Shown here: piece after piece, positions 9,861 to 18,311 of the stretch | How positions within the stretch are numbered: the first letter of the stretch is position 1 | Layout of the letters: every line of letters starts with the position of its first letter | NCBI GenBank assembly: GCA_029838215.1 | Contig: JALGVI010000006.1 | Span: forward strand, 27,698 to 91,697 | Source of the DNA: Candidatus Helarchaeota archaeon | GTDB taxonomy: Archaea > Asgardarchaeota > Lokiarchaeia > Helarchaeales > RDOG01 | DNA: 64,000 nt | Direction of reading: 5' to 3' | The notes under the pieces: model-generated | The model's input: the letters and a program-made list of their open reading frames with translations, nothing else | Databases searched by the model: none | Told to the model about the DNA's origin: nothing | Made by a program: the position numbers and the translations under genes

Positions 9861-10436
9861 GTGCCTGATTCGAATTTAGAAAAAGAACATGATCAAGAAT
9901 TTCCTCGCCCGGGGTCTGCGATTTATAACATGATCAAGAGCAATCCCGAGGAAAGGAAAAAAACGTTAAAAAAATGGAAACGCATGAACAAATATCTCAC
10001 GATTCCATTTTATCGAATTAGATTATTGCCATTATTTGGTTTTGGAAGGGTCTTTCTTTTATTGACAACGATTGGGCGAAAATCGGGGAAAATCCGCCGC
10101 ACGCCATTGGAGTATCACCGGATCGATGGAAAGATTCACATATTTTCGGGCAGGGGAGAGGAAGCAGACTGGCTTAAAAACTTAAGGGCAAATCCAGATA
10201 AAGTCCATGTTCGATACGGATTCCATTCATTTAAACCAAAAATAGAAATAATTGAAGACAACAAAGAAAAAGAAAAAGTCCTTCATTGGTATGTTACCAA
10301 GCATCCAAAAGCAGCAAAAATGCTTTTCGGATGGGATCCTAAACGTGATGATCCCGGTCAAGTTGATTTGTCTTCTCTAGAAGATATCATAACGATAATC
10401 AAGTTGCAGGAACCATCAACAGAACAGGAATCGTAA
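9861..10436 (+). CDS. Deazaflavin-dependent nitroreductase-like (DUF385/PNPOx-fold) protein
   Basis: LLLTTIGRKSGKIRRTPLEYHRIDGKIHIFSGRGEEADWLKNLRANP matches the DDN/DUF385 core. GTG start at 9861; the internal ATG (MIKSNPEE) is an alternative. Confidence 0.6.
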   Translation: MPDSNLEKEHDQEFPRPGSAIYNMIKSNPEERKKTLKKWKRMNKYLTIPFYRIRLLPLFGFGRVFLLLTTIGRKSGKIRRTPLEYHRIDGKIHIFSGRGEEADWLKNLRANPDKVHVRYGFHSFKPKIEIIEDNKEKEKVLHWYVTKHPKAAKMLFGWDPKRDDPGQVDLSSLEDIITIIKLQEPSTEQES

Positions 10437-10439
10437 AAA

Positions 10440-12359
10440 TTAAGAAATATCTGCAGACGTCGGTGATAAGTCCTTAGCAATCCCGAGAAGGGCAATCAAC
10501 TTACCATTTTTATCATGGATTGGCTTTACAACAAGACTTGCCATGAATTTCTCACCATTTTTGCGAACAAGATTAAGAATTTCTTCAAATTTTCCTTTTT
10601 CTTTTATGTTTTTAAGAACCCGTGGAATGATTCCATTACGATCTTCTTGAGGGTGAAACATGGCAACTTCTTTACCAATAACTTCCTCGGATTTCCACCC
10701 GAAAATCTTTTCGCTCCCTTTATTGTATGTTAAAATCCTTCCTTTCATGTCGGCTGTATTTATAGATAAATCAACGGTCTCAAGGATTAATTCGTTAAGT
10801 TCGTGAATCCTTCGGAGTTCATCTTCAGCATTTTTCTGATCGGTAATATCTCTGACAAAGACGCCAGCAAGATCCTTCCCAAAATGAAAGCCCCTTGCTT
10901 CATAATGGCGTTTTTCTTTTTTGACATCAAGCGCGAAGGTGAAAACTTGCGGTTCTTTTGTTTCAAAAAGCGTCTTGATCTTTGAAATAGCGGTTTTTTT
11001 CAGATCTCCGGTCAAAAAGTCATCGATTTTACTACCGCGTAAATTTTCAGGTAGCGAGAATAATTGTTCAGGATCGCCTTCAAAATTAACAATTCTAAAA
11101 TCAGAAGAAATCAAGAAAAATAAATCGGGAGTTATTTCGAAAATTCTTCTAAACTTTTCTTCAGATTCAATTATTTTTTCTTCAGACCGTTTTCGTTCTG
11201 AAATGTCACGAATGATGGCTAAATTGGCAACATCACCATCCCATTCTATAAGCCCACCGCTGATTTCCACGTCAATTATTGTCCCATCCTTCCGGCGAAT
11301 TTTTGCCTCAATAAGATCAGGTATGTTTTTTCCTTTTATTCGATCCTCGTAGCGCTTCTTTAACTTATTTATATCTTCCTCAGTGGCGATGAAATCGGTA
11401 AATAGCCTTCCTTCAATATCCTCTTTTTGATAACCGAAGACTTCGTTTGTTTTCTTGTTAAAAAAAACGATTTTACCATTTTTTATGATTACAATCGTGT
11501 CATTCGAACGCTCTATTAATTTTCTATACTTCTCTTCGGATTTATATCGTTCATTCTCCAGCTTTTTACGAACTGATATGTCACGTATTATTGCCAAGTC
11601 AGCTGGACGCCCATTCCAATCCACGATCCCCGCGCTCACTTCAGCGTCCAAAAAACTTCCATCTTTTCGTTTGATTTTTATTTCGTAAAGCGATGGAACA
11701 CCCTTACTAGTAATGCGATCTTCATATATTTTCATGATTTTTTTAATTAGAGCATCACCTGCAAGGAATTCTTGAAAAGGCCTCCCTTGCATCTCTTCGC
11801 TTGAGTAGCCGAACATTTCAACTGCTTTTTTATTATTAAAAACGATGAAACCGTCTTGAATGATTATGATTGAATCATTTGAACGCTCGATTAAATTATT
11901 GAATTTTCGTTCAGATGTTTCTCTCTCTTTCCGAATGGCTTCTTCTAGCCTTTTCTTATCCGTGATATCTCTTGCAAAATGTGCAACAGCGATTACTTCA
12001 TTCTGGTTAAAAATGGGATATACTAAATAATTATACCAACGGTTATTCTTTGCATCGAGGTGTTCAACAGATACATGTCTTTTCTTCTCTAATGCGTCCT
12101 TAATTGGACACTCAGCACAAATAACGTCATTTCCGTGAAAGATAAGATGACAGGGCTTGCCAACAATGTCTTCATTTTCTCTCACGTTATGATACAAGCG
12201 AGCAAGACGATAGGTGGCTTTATTAGCCTTAATTATGTTTAAATTTACATCTTGAATGATGACAATATCGTTTATTGACTCAAAAAACATGTTTAACAGA
12301 AAGTTGATGTATTCGACTTTCAAAAGAAAGTCTGATTTATCGCGAAGCTCGTTAGGCAT
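10440..12359 (-). CDS. Multi-PAS domain protein without a recognisable output domain
   Basis: 639 aa. ~5 PAS-like units, each ending in I(I/V)RDI(S/T)xRK. The N-terminal unit has the insert CHLIFHGNDVICAECP. Confidence 0.8.
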   Translation of the reverse strand: MPNELRDKSDFLLKVEYINFLLNMFFESINDIVIIQDVNLNIIKANKATYRLARLYHNVRENEDIVGKPCHLIFHGNDVICAECPIKDALEKKRHVSVEHLDAKNNRWYNYLVYPIFNQNEVIAVAHFARDITDKKRLEEAIRKERETSERKFNNLIERSNDSIIIIQDGFIVFNNKKAVEMFGYSSEEMQGRPFQEFLAGDALIKKIMKIYEDRITSKGVPSLYEIKIKRKDGSFLDAEVSAGIVDWNGRPADLAIIRDISVRKKLENERYKSEEKYRKLIERSNDTIVIIKNGKIVFFNKKTNEVFGYQKEDIEGRLFTDFIATEEDINKLKKRYEDRIKGKNIPDLIEAKIRRKDGTIIDVEISGGLIEWDGDVANLAIIRDISERKRSEEKIIESEEKFRRIFEITPDLFFLISSDFRIVNFEGDPEQLFSLPENLRGSKIDDFLTGDLKKTAISKIKTLFETKEPQVFTFALDVKKEKRHYEARGFHFGKDLAGVFVRDITDQKNAEDELRRIHELNELILETVDLSINTADMKGRILTYNKGSEKIFGWKSEEVIGKEVAMFHPQEDRNGIIPRVLKNIKEKGKFEEILNLVRKNGEKFMASLVVKPIHDKNGKLIALLGIAKDLSPTSADIS

Positions 12360-12478
12360 TTTCCCCAGCCATCTATTTTAATATTTTTAATAAGGAAATC
12401 CGATCAAAAGCCCTTCCGCTTGAGACGAAATTATCCCGATTACTTCGTTTCTGACATATATCAGTAATTAGACTTATT

Positions 12479-14749
12479 TTAAATTCTTTTGGCAATACCG
12501 AGCAGAGCAATTAGTTTCTTATTCTTATCATGAATTGGCGTAACAACTAAATTCGCAAGTAAGGTTTCGCCATTTTTGCGCACGAGTCTAACGGCTTTTT
12601 CGAATTTACCTTTTTCTAAGGCATCTTTTATGATTTGAGGAACAAGGGTCTGGTGGTCTTCTTTAGGATGAAAAATTTTTATTGATTTACCGATTACTTC
12701 TTCGGATTTCCACCCGAATAACTTTTCGCTTCCCTTGTTATAAGCCAATAATTCTCCGTTTAAGTCGGAAATGTTTATGGGAAGATCGACGTTATCAAGA
12801 ATGAGCTGATTAAGTTCACTCGTTTTAGTTAACTCCTCTTCGATCTTGCGTTGTATTGTCAGATCCCGTATAAAAATACCGACTCTATCTTCAGAAAAGT
12901 AGAGGTATTGTGCTTTAAAATATCGCTGAATGCCTTCAATTGTGAGAAAATATTCCAGACTTTGGGGTTCTTTCGTGTTTAATGTTTTCCGAATACTCTC
13001 CAGACAGGTTGCTTTAAGATCATTTGGAAGAAGATCGATCATTTTCATGCTGAGAAATTCTTCGGGAGGAGCATAAGTTTTCTCAGTTGCACCCCAAAAA
13101 TCAAGAATTCTTGAATCACCAGAGACCAAGAAAAATAAGTCAGGTATTGCTTCGAGAATTGTTCGAAACCTTTCCTCGAAGTCCTTAATAGTTTTTTCTG
13201 CAAATTTACGTTCGGAAATGTCTCGAACGACTACGAGAGCAGCATATTTACCGTTCCACTCAAATAAACTTGTATTATATTCAACATCGATAATGGACCC
13301 GTCTTTTCGACGGATTTTTAACTCGGTAAGAGAAGGAATTTCCTTTCCCGCAATGAGATCATTGTACTGCTTGATAAGAGCGGGAATTCCTTTTTTTTCG
13401 GGAAAGAAAGATTTTAAATGAGTTCGCCTTAATTCTTCGTCAGCATAACCAAACATTTCATTTGTTTTACTATTGTTAAAGACCGTATAACCGTCTTGAA
13501 CTATGATGATTGCATCATTTGATCTATTAATTATGGAGCGATATTTTTCTTCAGACTCTTTCAGTTTTCGCTCTGTCAGCTTGCGTTCGGAAATGTCACG
13601 AATTATTACCAAGTCTGCTGGTTTTCCATCCCATTCGATCATTCCCCCACTAATTTCCACGTCGATAATCTGGTCTTTTTTCCCACGAATTTTTGCTTCA
13701 ACTACGGAAGGAAGGACCTTTCCGGACATTCGATCCAAGTAGCGCTGATAGAAAGACTTCGCTTCATTTGGATCAGGAATGAAATCCGTGAATGGACGTC
13801 CTTGAACGTCTTCTAATGAATAACCGAATGTATCTTGAGCCATTTTGTTATTATAGACAACGTTTCCATCTTGAATGACAATAATTGCGTCATTAGATCT
13901 CTCGATCAATGTCTGAAATTTCTCCATTGACTTGTGTCGTATTTCTTCCATCTTTTTCCGTTCTGAAATATCTCGAACAATAGCCAATCCTGCTGGTCTT
14001 CCATCCCATTCAATCATGGCAGCATTCATCTCAACATCCACGGTGGTGGCATCTTTTCGCTTAATCCTTACATTAAATAGGGATGGAAATGCTCCTTTTT
14101 CCAGTCGATCTTTGTATTGCTTGAAGATTGCCTTTGTTTCTTCTTTTCCATCGATAAAATCCTTAATTTGAAGATTCTTTATTTCATCAGAAGAGTATCC
14201 GAGGATTTTTGTTGCAACCTTATTGTGAAAAACAGCCCGTCCATCTTGAATGATCATTATCCCATCATTTGACCATTCAATGAGATTTCTATATTTCATC
14301 TCCAAGTGCCGCCTTTCTCGTTCAATTGATTCTTCATATTGCTTTTGTGCCGTGAGGTCTCTTACCACGCAGGCCATGGCAACGACTTTGTTACCATCAA
14401 AGATAGGGTAAACGAGATAATTGTACCAACGCTTGTACCTGGGATTATAAAATTCAACGGACGTATTTGTCTTTTTTTGGATGGAATTCGAAATCGGACA
14501 GTTTTCACATTCAGTTTTACGTCCATAAAAGACGAAATGACATTTTTTTCCTACAATATCTTCTGATACGTGTATGTGATTGTTTAATCGAGCCAATCTA
14601 TATGCCGCACGATTTCCTCGCATGATTCGAAAATTTAGGTCCATTAAAACCATTAAATCGCTTGCTGATTCAAAAAATAAATCTAAAAGGCTTTTAGAAT
14701 AATCTAAATGCTTTCGGAGTAACTCTCTATCGAGACCATCCTTACTCAT
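12479..14749 (-). CDS. Multi-PAS domain protein, tandem paralog of 10440..12359
   Basis: 756 aa. ~6 PAS-like units with VRDISERK/IRDISERK ends. N-terminal insert CHFVFYGRKTECENCP. Same N- and C-terminal architecture as its neighbour. Confidence 0.8.
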   Translation of the reverse strand: MSKDGLDRELLRKHLDYSKSLLDLFFESASDLMVLMDLNFRIMRGNRAAYRLARLNNHIHVSEDIVGKKCHFVFYGRKTECENCPISNSIQKKTNTSVEFYNPRYKRWYNYLVYPIFDGNKVVAMACVVRDLTAQKQYEESIERERRHLEMKYRNLIEWSNDGIMIIQDGRAVFHNKVATKILGYSSDEIKNLQIKDFIDGKEETKAIFKQYKDRLEKGAFPSLFNVRIKRKDATTVDVEMNAAMIEWDGRPAGLAIVRDISERKKMEEIRHKSMEKFQTLIERSNDAIIVIQDGNVVYNNKMAQDTFGYSLEDVQGRPFTDFIPDPNEAKSFYQRYLDRMSGKVLPSVVEAKIRGKKDQIIDVEISGGMIEWDGKPADLVIIRDISERKLTERKLKESEEKYRSIINRSNDAIIIVQDGYTVFNNSKTNEMFGYADEELRRTHLKSFFPEKKGIPALIKQYNDLIAGKEIPSLTELKIRRKDGSIIDVEYNTSLFEWNGKYAALVVVRDISERKFAEKTIKDFEERFRTILEAIPDLFFLVSGDSRILDFWGATEKTYAPPEEFLSMKMIDLLPNDLKATCLESIRKTLNTKEPQSLEYFLTIEGIQRYFKAQYLYFSEDRVGIFIRDLTIQRKIEEELTKTSELNQLILDNVDLPINISDLNGELLAYNKGSEKLFGWKSEEVIGKSIKIFHPKEDHQTLVPQIIKDALEKGKFEKAVRLVRKNGETLLANLVVTPIHDKNKKLIALLGIAKRI

Positions 14750-15019
14750 TTACCCCAACCATTCTTTATATCGAATTTATTTACTGCACGCCTTAAGTCA
14801 GACGAAAATATCCCCAAAATTCATCGTTTCCTGAAATCCATTTGCGTGCGCTCGAGAATTTATTACTAAAACTTATTCATTTCGCATCATATTAAAATTT
14901 TTTTAGCTCAAAGAAGTGAAATCGAAAAATGAAGTTTTTTCGAGTTTGGCTTATCAATTTCATTACATGTATAACCATCTGTCTAGTAAATTAATAGGGA
15001 ATTTAAGGAAATGAGTAAT

Positions 15020-15817
15020 TCATTCCATGAAATCAAAAATCCTTTTTGGAGGAGAATAATTCAGGATGATCATTTCTTCTCGCATGTTATCTCCTTTTTT
15101 ACAGGTCACGCTGTAATTGACTTCGGTAGGAATCACGTGGAAACCCGAGAATTTGTTGACTAAGTCTCGGTTTAAAGTGAGAATGAATTTTCCTTTTATA
15201 CCCCGTAATACTTTAACCAACTCATCATAATTGAACTTGATCCCATAGGAATAATCGGTGTCATAGGGTGGATCAAGAAAAAAGAGCGTGGTAGGACGAT
15301 CAAATCTCTTCATTAGGTCCTTATAGTCAAGATTCTCAATAATGGCGTTCTGAAGCCGCTTGTGAGCTTTTTTTACCAAATCGAGTCCCGTGAACAAGCT
15401 ACTTTTTGCTTTTTTATCGGGTGTGGATGCAAATGGAGAATTACACCTTCCTTCTTTATTAAATCGGAACAAACCACCATAACTGCATTTGATTATGTAA
15501 TAAAGCCGAAATGCTTTTTCAATGTCATCCAATTCGTTCCAATTGCTCTCCCGATATTCCATGAAAAGATCTCGACTCACCAGAGCATATTCAAACTTTT
15601 TCAGGAAGATGCCGAGGTCATCCTTTATGACACGGAAGAAGGTGATAAGCAATTGATTGTTATCGTTAATGACTTCGATTCGTGAAGGTTTTTTATGGAA
15701 GAAAACGCTTCCGCCACCAAAAAAAGCCTCAACATAACACTGATGGGATGGAAAGAGCGAAACAATTTTCTGTCGTAAAAGACGCTTGGAACCGACCCAT
15801 TTAATTGGACTGTTCAT
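15020..15817 (-). CDS. Dam-like N6-adenine DNA methyltransferase (D12 class)
   Basis: IKWVGSKRLL, EAFFGGGSVFF (motif I), INDNNQLLITFF, FFLDPPYD (motif IV). Confidence 0.85.
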   Translation of the reverse strand: MNSPIKWVGSKRLLRQKIVSLFPSHQCYVEAFFGGGSVFFHKKPSRIEVINDNNQLLITFFRVIKDDLGIFLKKFEYALVSRDLFMEYRESNWNELDDIEKAFRLYYIIKCSYGGLFRFNKEGRCNSPFASTPDKKAKSSLFTGLDLVKKAHKRLQNAIIENLDYKDLMKRFDRPTTLFFLDPPYDTDYSYGIKFNYDELVKVLRGIKGKFILTLNRDLVNKFSGFHVIPTEVNYSVTCKKGDNMREEMIILNYSPPKRIFDFME

Positions 15818-16713
15818 TGTTTCGAACCCTTCTCCATGAATGAAATGATATCCCTTTGCCTGTTTTTCTCTCGGGATTCATCACGCAAGTCACGTATCAT
15901 CACCCTTGCTTCGGCAATGTTTTGGTCTATCGTGGGCTTGCACGCGGGATTGATTTCAAAACCGATGAAATTACGGCGATTTTTAACGCAAGCAACAGCC
16001 GTCGTTCCGTTGCCCATAAATGGATCCAAAACCACTGCTTTTTTTCCATTTTCCATCGGTCTTGAAGAATATTTGATGAATTTTTCAACGAGTTCTTCTG
16101 GAAGTTTTGTTGAGTTCTTTATTTTTCCGCGATTATATGGTCGTTTGATTTCCCAAACATTCTCCATGTAATTCAACCAATATTCATCCATGGCTGATAC
16201 AGGAGACCCGACATTCTGAGAAGAGAGATTCATCACGTCTTCGGGATAATGATCTATTTTATTGAAATAATACTTTTTCGGGTTTTTCACGAGAAATAAC
16301 ACGTGATAATGACTGGATACGAACTTTCGTTTAGTAAAAACACCAAACTGGTACTTCCAAATGATATGATTCACCGTAATGAAACCCGCTTTCGCTATAG
16401 CATTCAAAATTTCCCGTAATTTGGTCCAGCCAGAAATGAGATAAAATGAACCTGTATTCTTTAAAACTCGATAAACCTCCTTTATCCATCCATGAGAAAA
16501 CTCTTCATAATCTTGCTTTATTTCAGAATAACCGGGAATGACAAGACTCGCCTTTCTATTATATTGAGACCCCATTTTATCAAAATTAATTCCAAAAGGA
16601 GGATCGGCGATCACGAGATCTATTGATTCATCGGGAATGCGCTCTGCCATGCCTTGAATGCAGTCTTCATAATAAATTTTGTCGAGTTCTAACAAATTAT
16701 TCGAAAACTCCAC
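15814..16713 (-). CDS. Beta-class N4/N6 DNA methyltransferase
   Basis: Motif IV IADPPFG is N-terminal and motif I VLDPFMGNGTTAVAC is C-terminal (beta order). GTG start. ATGA overlap with the downstream Dam-like gene. Confidence 0.85.
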   Translation of the reverse strand: MEFSNNLLELDKIYYEDCIQGMAERIPDESIDLVIADPPFGINFDKMGSQYNRKASLVIPGYSEIKQDYEEFSHGWIKEVYRVLKNTGSFYLISGWTKLREILNAIAKAGFITVNHIIWKYQFGVFTKRKFVSSHYHVLFLVKNPKKYYFNKIDHYPEDVMNLSSQNVGSPVSAMDEYWLNYMENVWEIKRPYNRGKIKNSTKLPEELVEKFIKYSSRPMENGKKAVVLDPFMGNGTTAVACVKNRRNFIGFEINPACKPTIDQNIAEARVMIRDLRDESREKNRQRDIISFMEKGSKQ

Positions 16714-16799
16714 GTCTAACTTTTGAACTAACGTTAATTATAAGAATTATTTGAATAATTGGAATATTAAAGGATTTTTTCAAATTCATTTGAATTAAA

Positions 16800-18311
16800 G
16801 TGGTTGAAATGGGTTCTAAAGTTGAACGCGTGATTCAGTTAATATTGGATGACGTGCGAGCTGACCAATTTTTCCAATTACTTGATGATGGAAAGTTGCC
16901 AAAAATTCGAAAATATCTTGGAGACGGCATCCGTGGTAATTGCACGAGCATTTATCCTGCCATTACCGTTCCAGCGCGCTTGACATTATTAACAGGGGCA
17001 TATCCTGATGCCTATTCTGTCCCGGGAATGCACTGGTATGAACGTCGCACGAATAAAATTCACAATCATGCTTCCCTGCACAGCTGGGACATCCCGGAAA
17101 TGTTAGGAGATCGTGTGAAAACGCTTTACGAACAGGTAAGCGGAAATACGGCAGATTTATTTACTTTAATGCACCGCGGCGTAGATTATAACTTCCCTAC
17201 GAAGGCACAAACCGTGGGGATATATATTTGGCATTTTTACATCTTGAGAACCAGTGTCGTGAAAGCAAATGAATTCACGGTCAATAAAATTCTTGACATG
17301 TTCACGAAACCGAGAAAATATTTTGGAAATTCAGACCCACCCAGATTTATTTCGGCATGGTTTTTTTCTTCAGACGACCTGATGCATGATCACGGATATG
17401 ATTCCCGAGAGTACATTTCCAATCTGATCGATATTGACAGACAAATAGGGGTTCTAATCGAAGGAAACAATAAGCATGACGGATTAAAACAACAGGGATA
17501 TTTAGATGATACGGTTTTCATTCTTTCCTCTGATCACGGTAACTATAAAGCCAAGCGTCAGGTTATACTTGAGCCATACTTTCAACAACACGGCTTGATC
17601 CCAATAAAGTCGGGTAAGAAAAATAGAGGCAACTTCGATGTTGCAATGGGAGCGGTTGGTCAGTTTTATTTTAAGGGAAAAGATCCGAACAGTCGTCCGA
17701 CTCAAGCAGAGCTGGAAAAATATGGACCAAATGAACTAAACCTATTGAAAATCCTGCGCGGTATTGATGGAATGAAACTACTCTATTATCGAGATGATGA
17801 GAATACTCCAAAAAAAGGAATGGTCCACGTAGAATATTTGGAAGATGACACGATCATTGAAGGAACAATTGAATATGAAGGAGAGAAAACACGTTTAACG
17901 TTACCCGGAAAAGATTTCTTCGGGTATTCCGATGACAACATGGGTGCAAAAATGCTGGATGGAAAGTTTCACACGCTTGATGAGTGGATTCAACACACGC
18001 ACCACTTGGATTTCCCAGCAGTTGCAGATTATGTCGTTCGACTTTTCAAGAATCCAAATTCGTGTGATGTATTATGTTCTACATTAGGGGAAACCATTTT
18101 TAACTACGAACATGGAAAAACACAAAATTCGCACGTGTATGGACATGATATTGCAACACATACAGGGATGACAACACCTCTCCTCATTTCAGGCTCTAAC
18201 ATCACCACGAGAACCCTTGACCATGCAAAGAGTTCAGATTTGGTTCCGACCATTGTAAAATTATTGAATGGAAACCTGGCACCTTCCGTGGTTGGTAGAA
18301 GCCTTGTCTGA
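16800..18311 (+). CDS. Alkaline-phosphatase-superfamily phosphoesterase (type I phosphodiesterase/NPP-like; same clan as PglZ)
   Basis: LILDDVRADQF, YPAITVPARLTLLTGAYP (Thr nucleophile context), MHDHGYDS, ILSSDHGN, VYGHDIATHTG. GTG at 16800 or ATG at 16809. Confidence 0.75.
   Translation: MVEMGSKVERVIQLILDDVRADQFFQLLDDGKLPKIRKYLGDGIRGNCTSIYPAITVPARLTLLTGAYPDAYSVPGMHWYERRTNKIHNHASLHSWDIPEMLGDRVKTLYEQVSGNTADLFTLMHRGVDYNFPTKAQTVGIYIWHFYILRTSVVKANEFTVNKILDMFTKPRKYFGNSDPPRFISAWFFSSDDLMHDHGYDSREYISNLIDIDRQIGVLIEGNNKHDGLKQQGYLDDTVFILSSDHGNYKAKRQVILEPYFQQHGLIPIKSGKKNRGNFDVAMGAVGQFYFKGKDPNSRPTQAELEKYGPNELNLLKILRGIDGMKLLYYRDDENTPKKGMVHVEYLEDDTIIEGTIEYEGEKTRLTLPGKDFFGYSDDNMGAKMLDGKFHTLDEWIQHTHHLDFPAVADYVVRLFKNPNSCDVLCSTLGETIFNYEHGKTQNSHVYGHDIATHTGMTTPLLISGSNITTRTLDHAKSSDLVPTIVKLLNGNLAPSVVGRSLV

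Noticed and set aside
10515-14566. Multiple 60-143-aa plus-strand ORFs inside the PAS genes
   Set aside because: Shadow ORFs opposite strongly supported PAS-domain coding sequence, repeated only because the sense strand is repeated.
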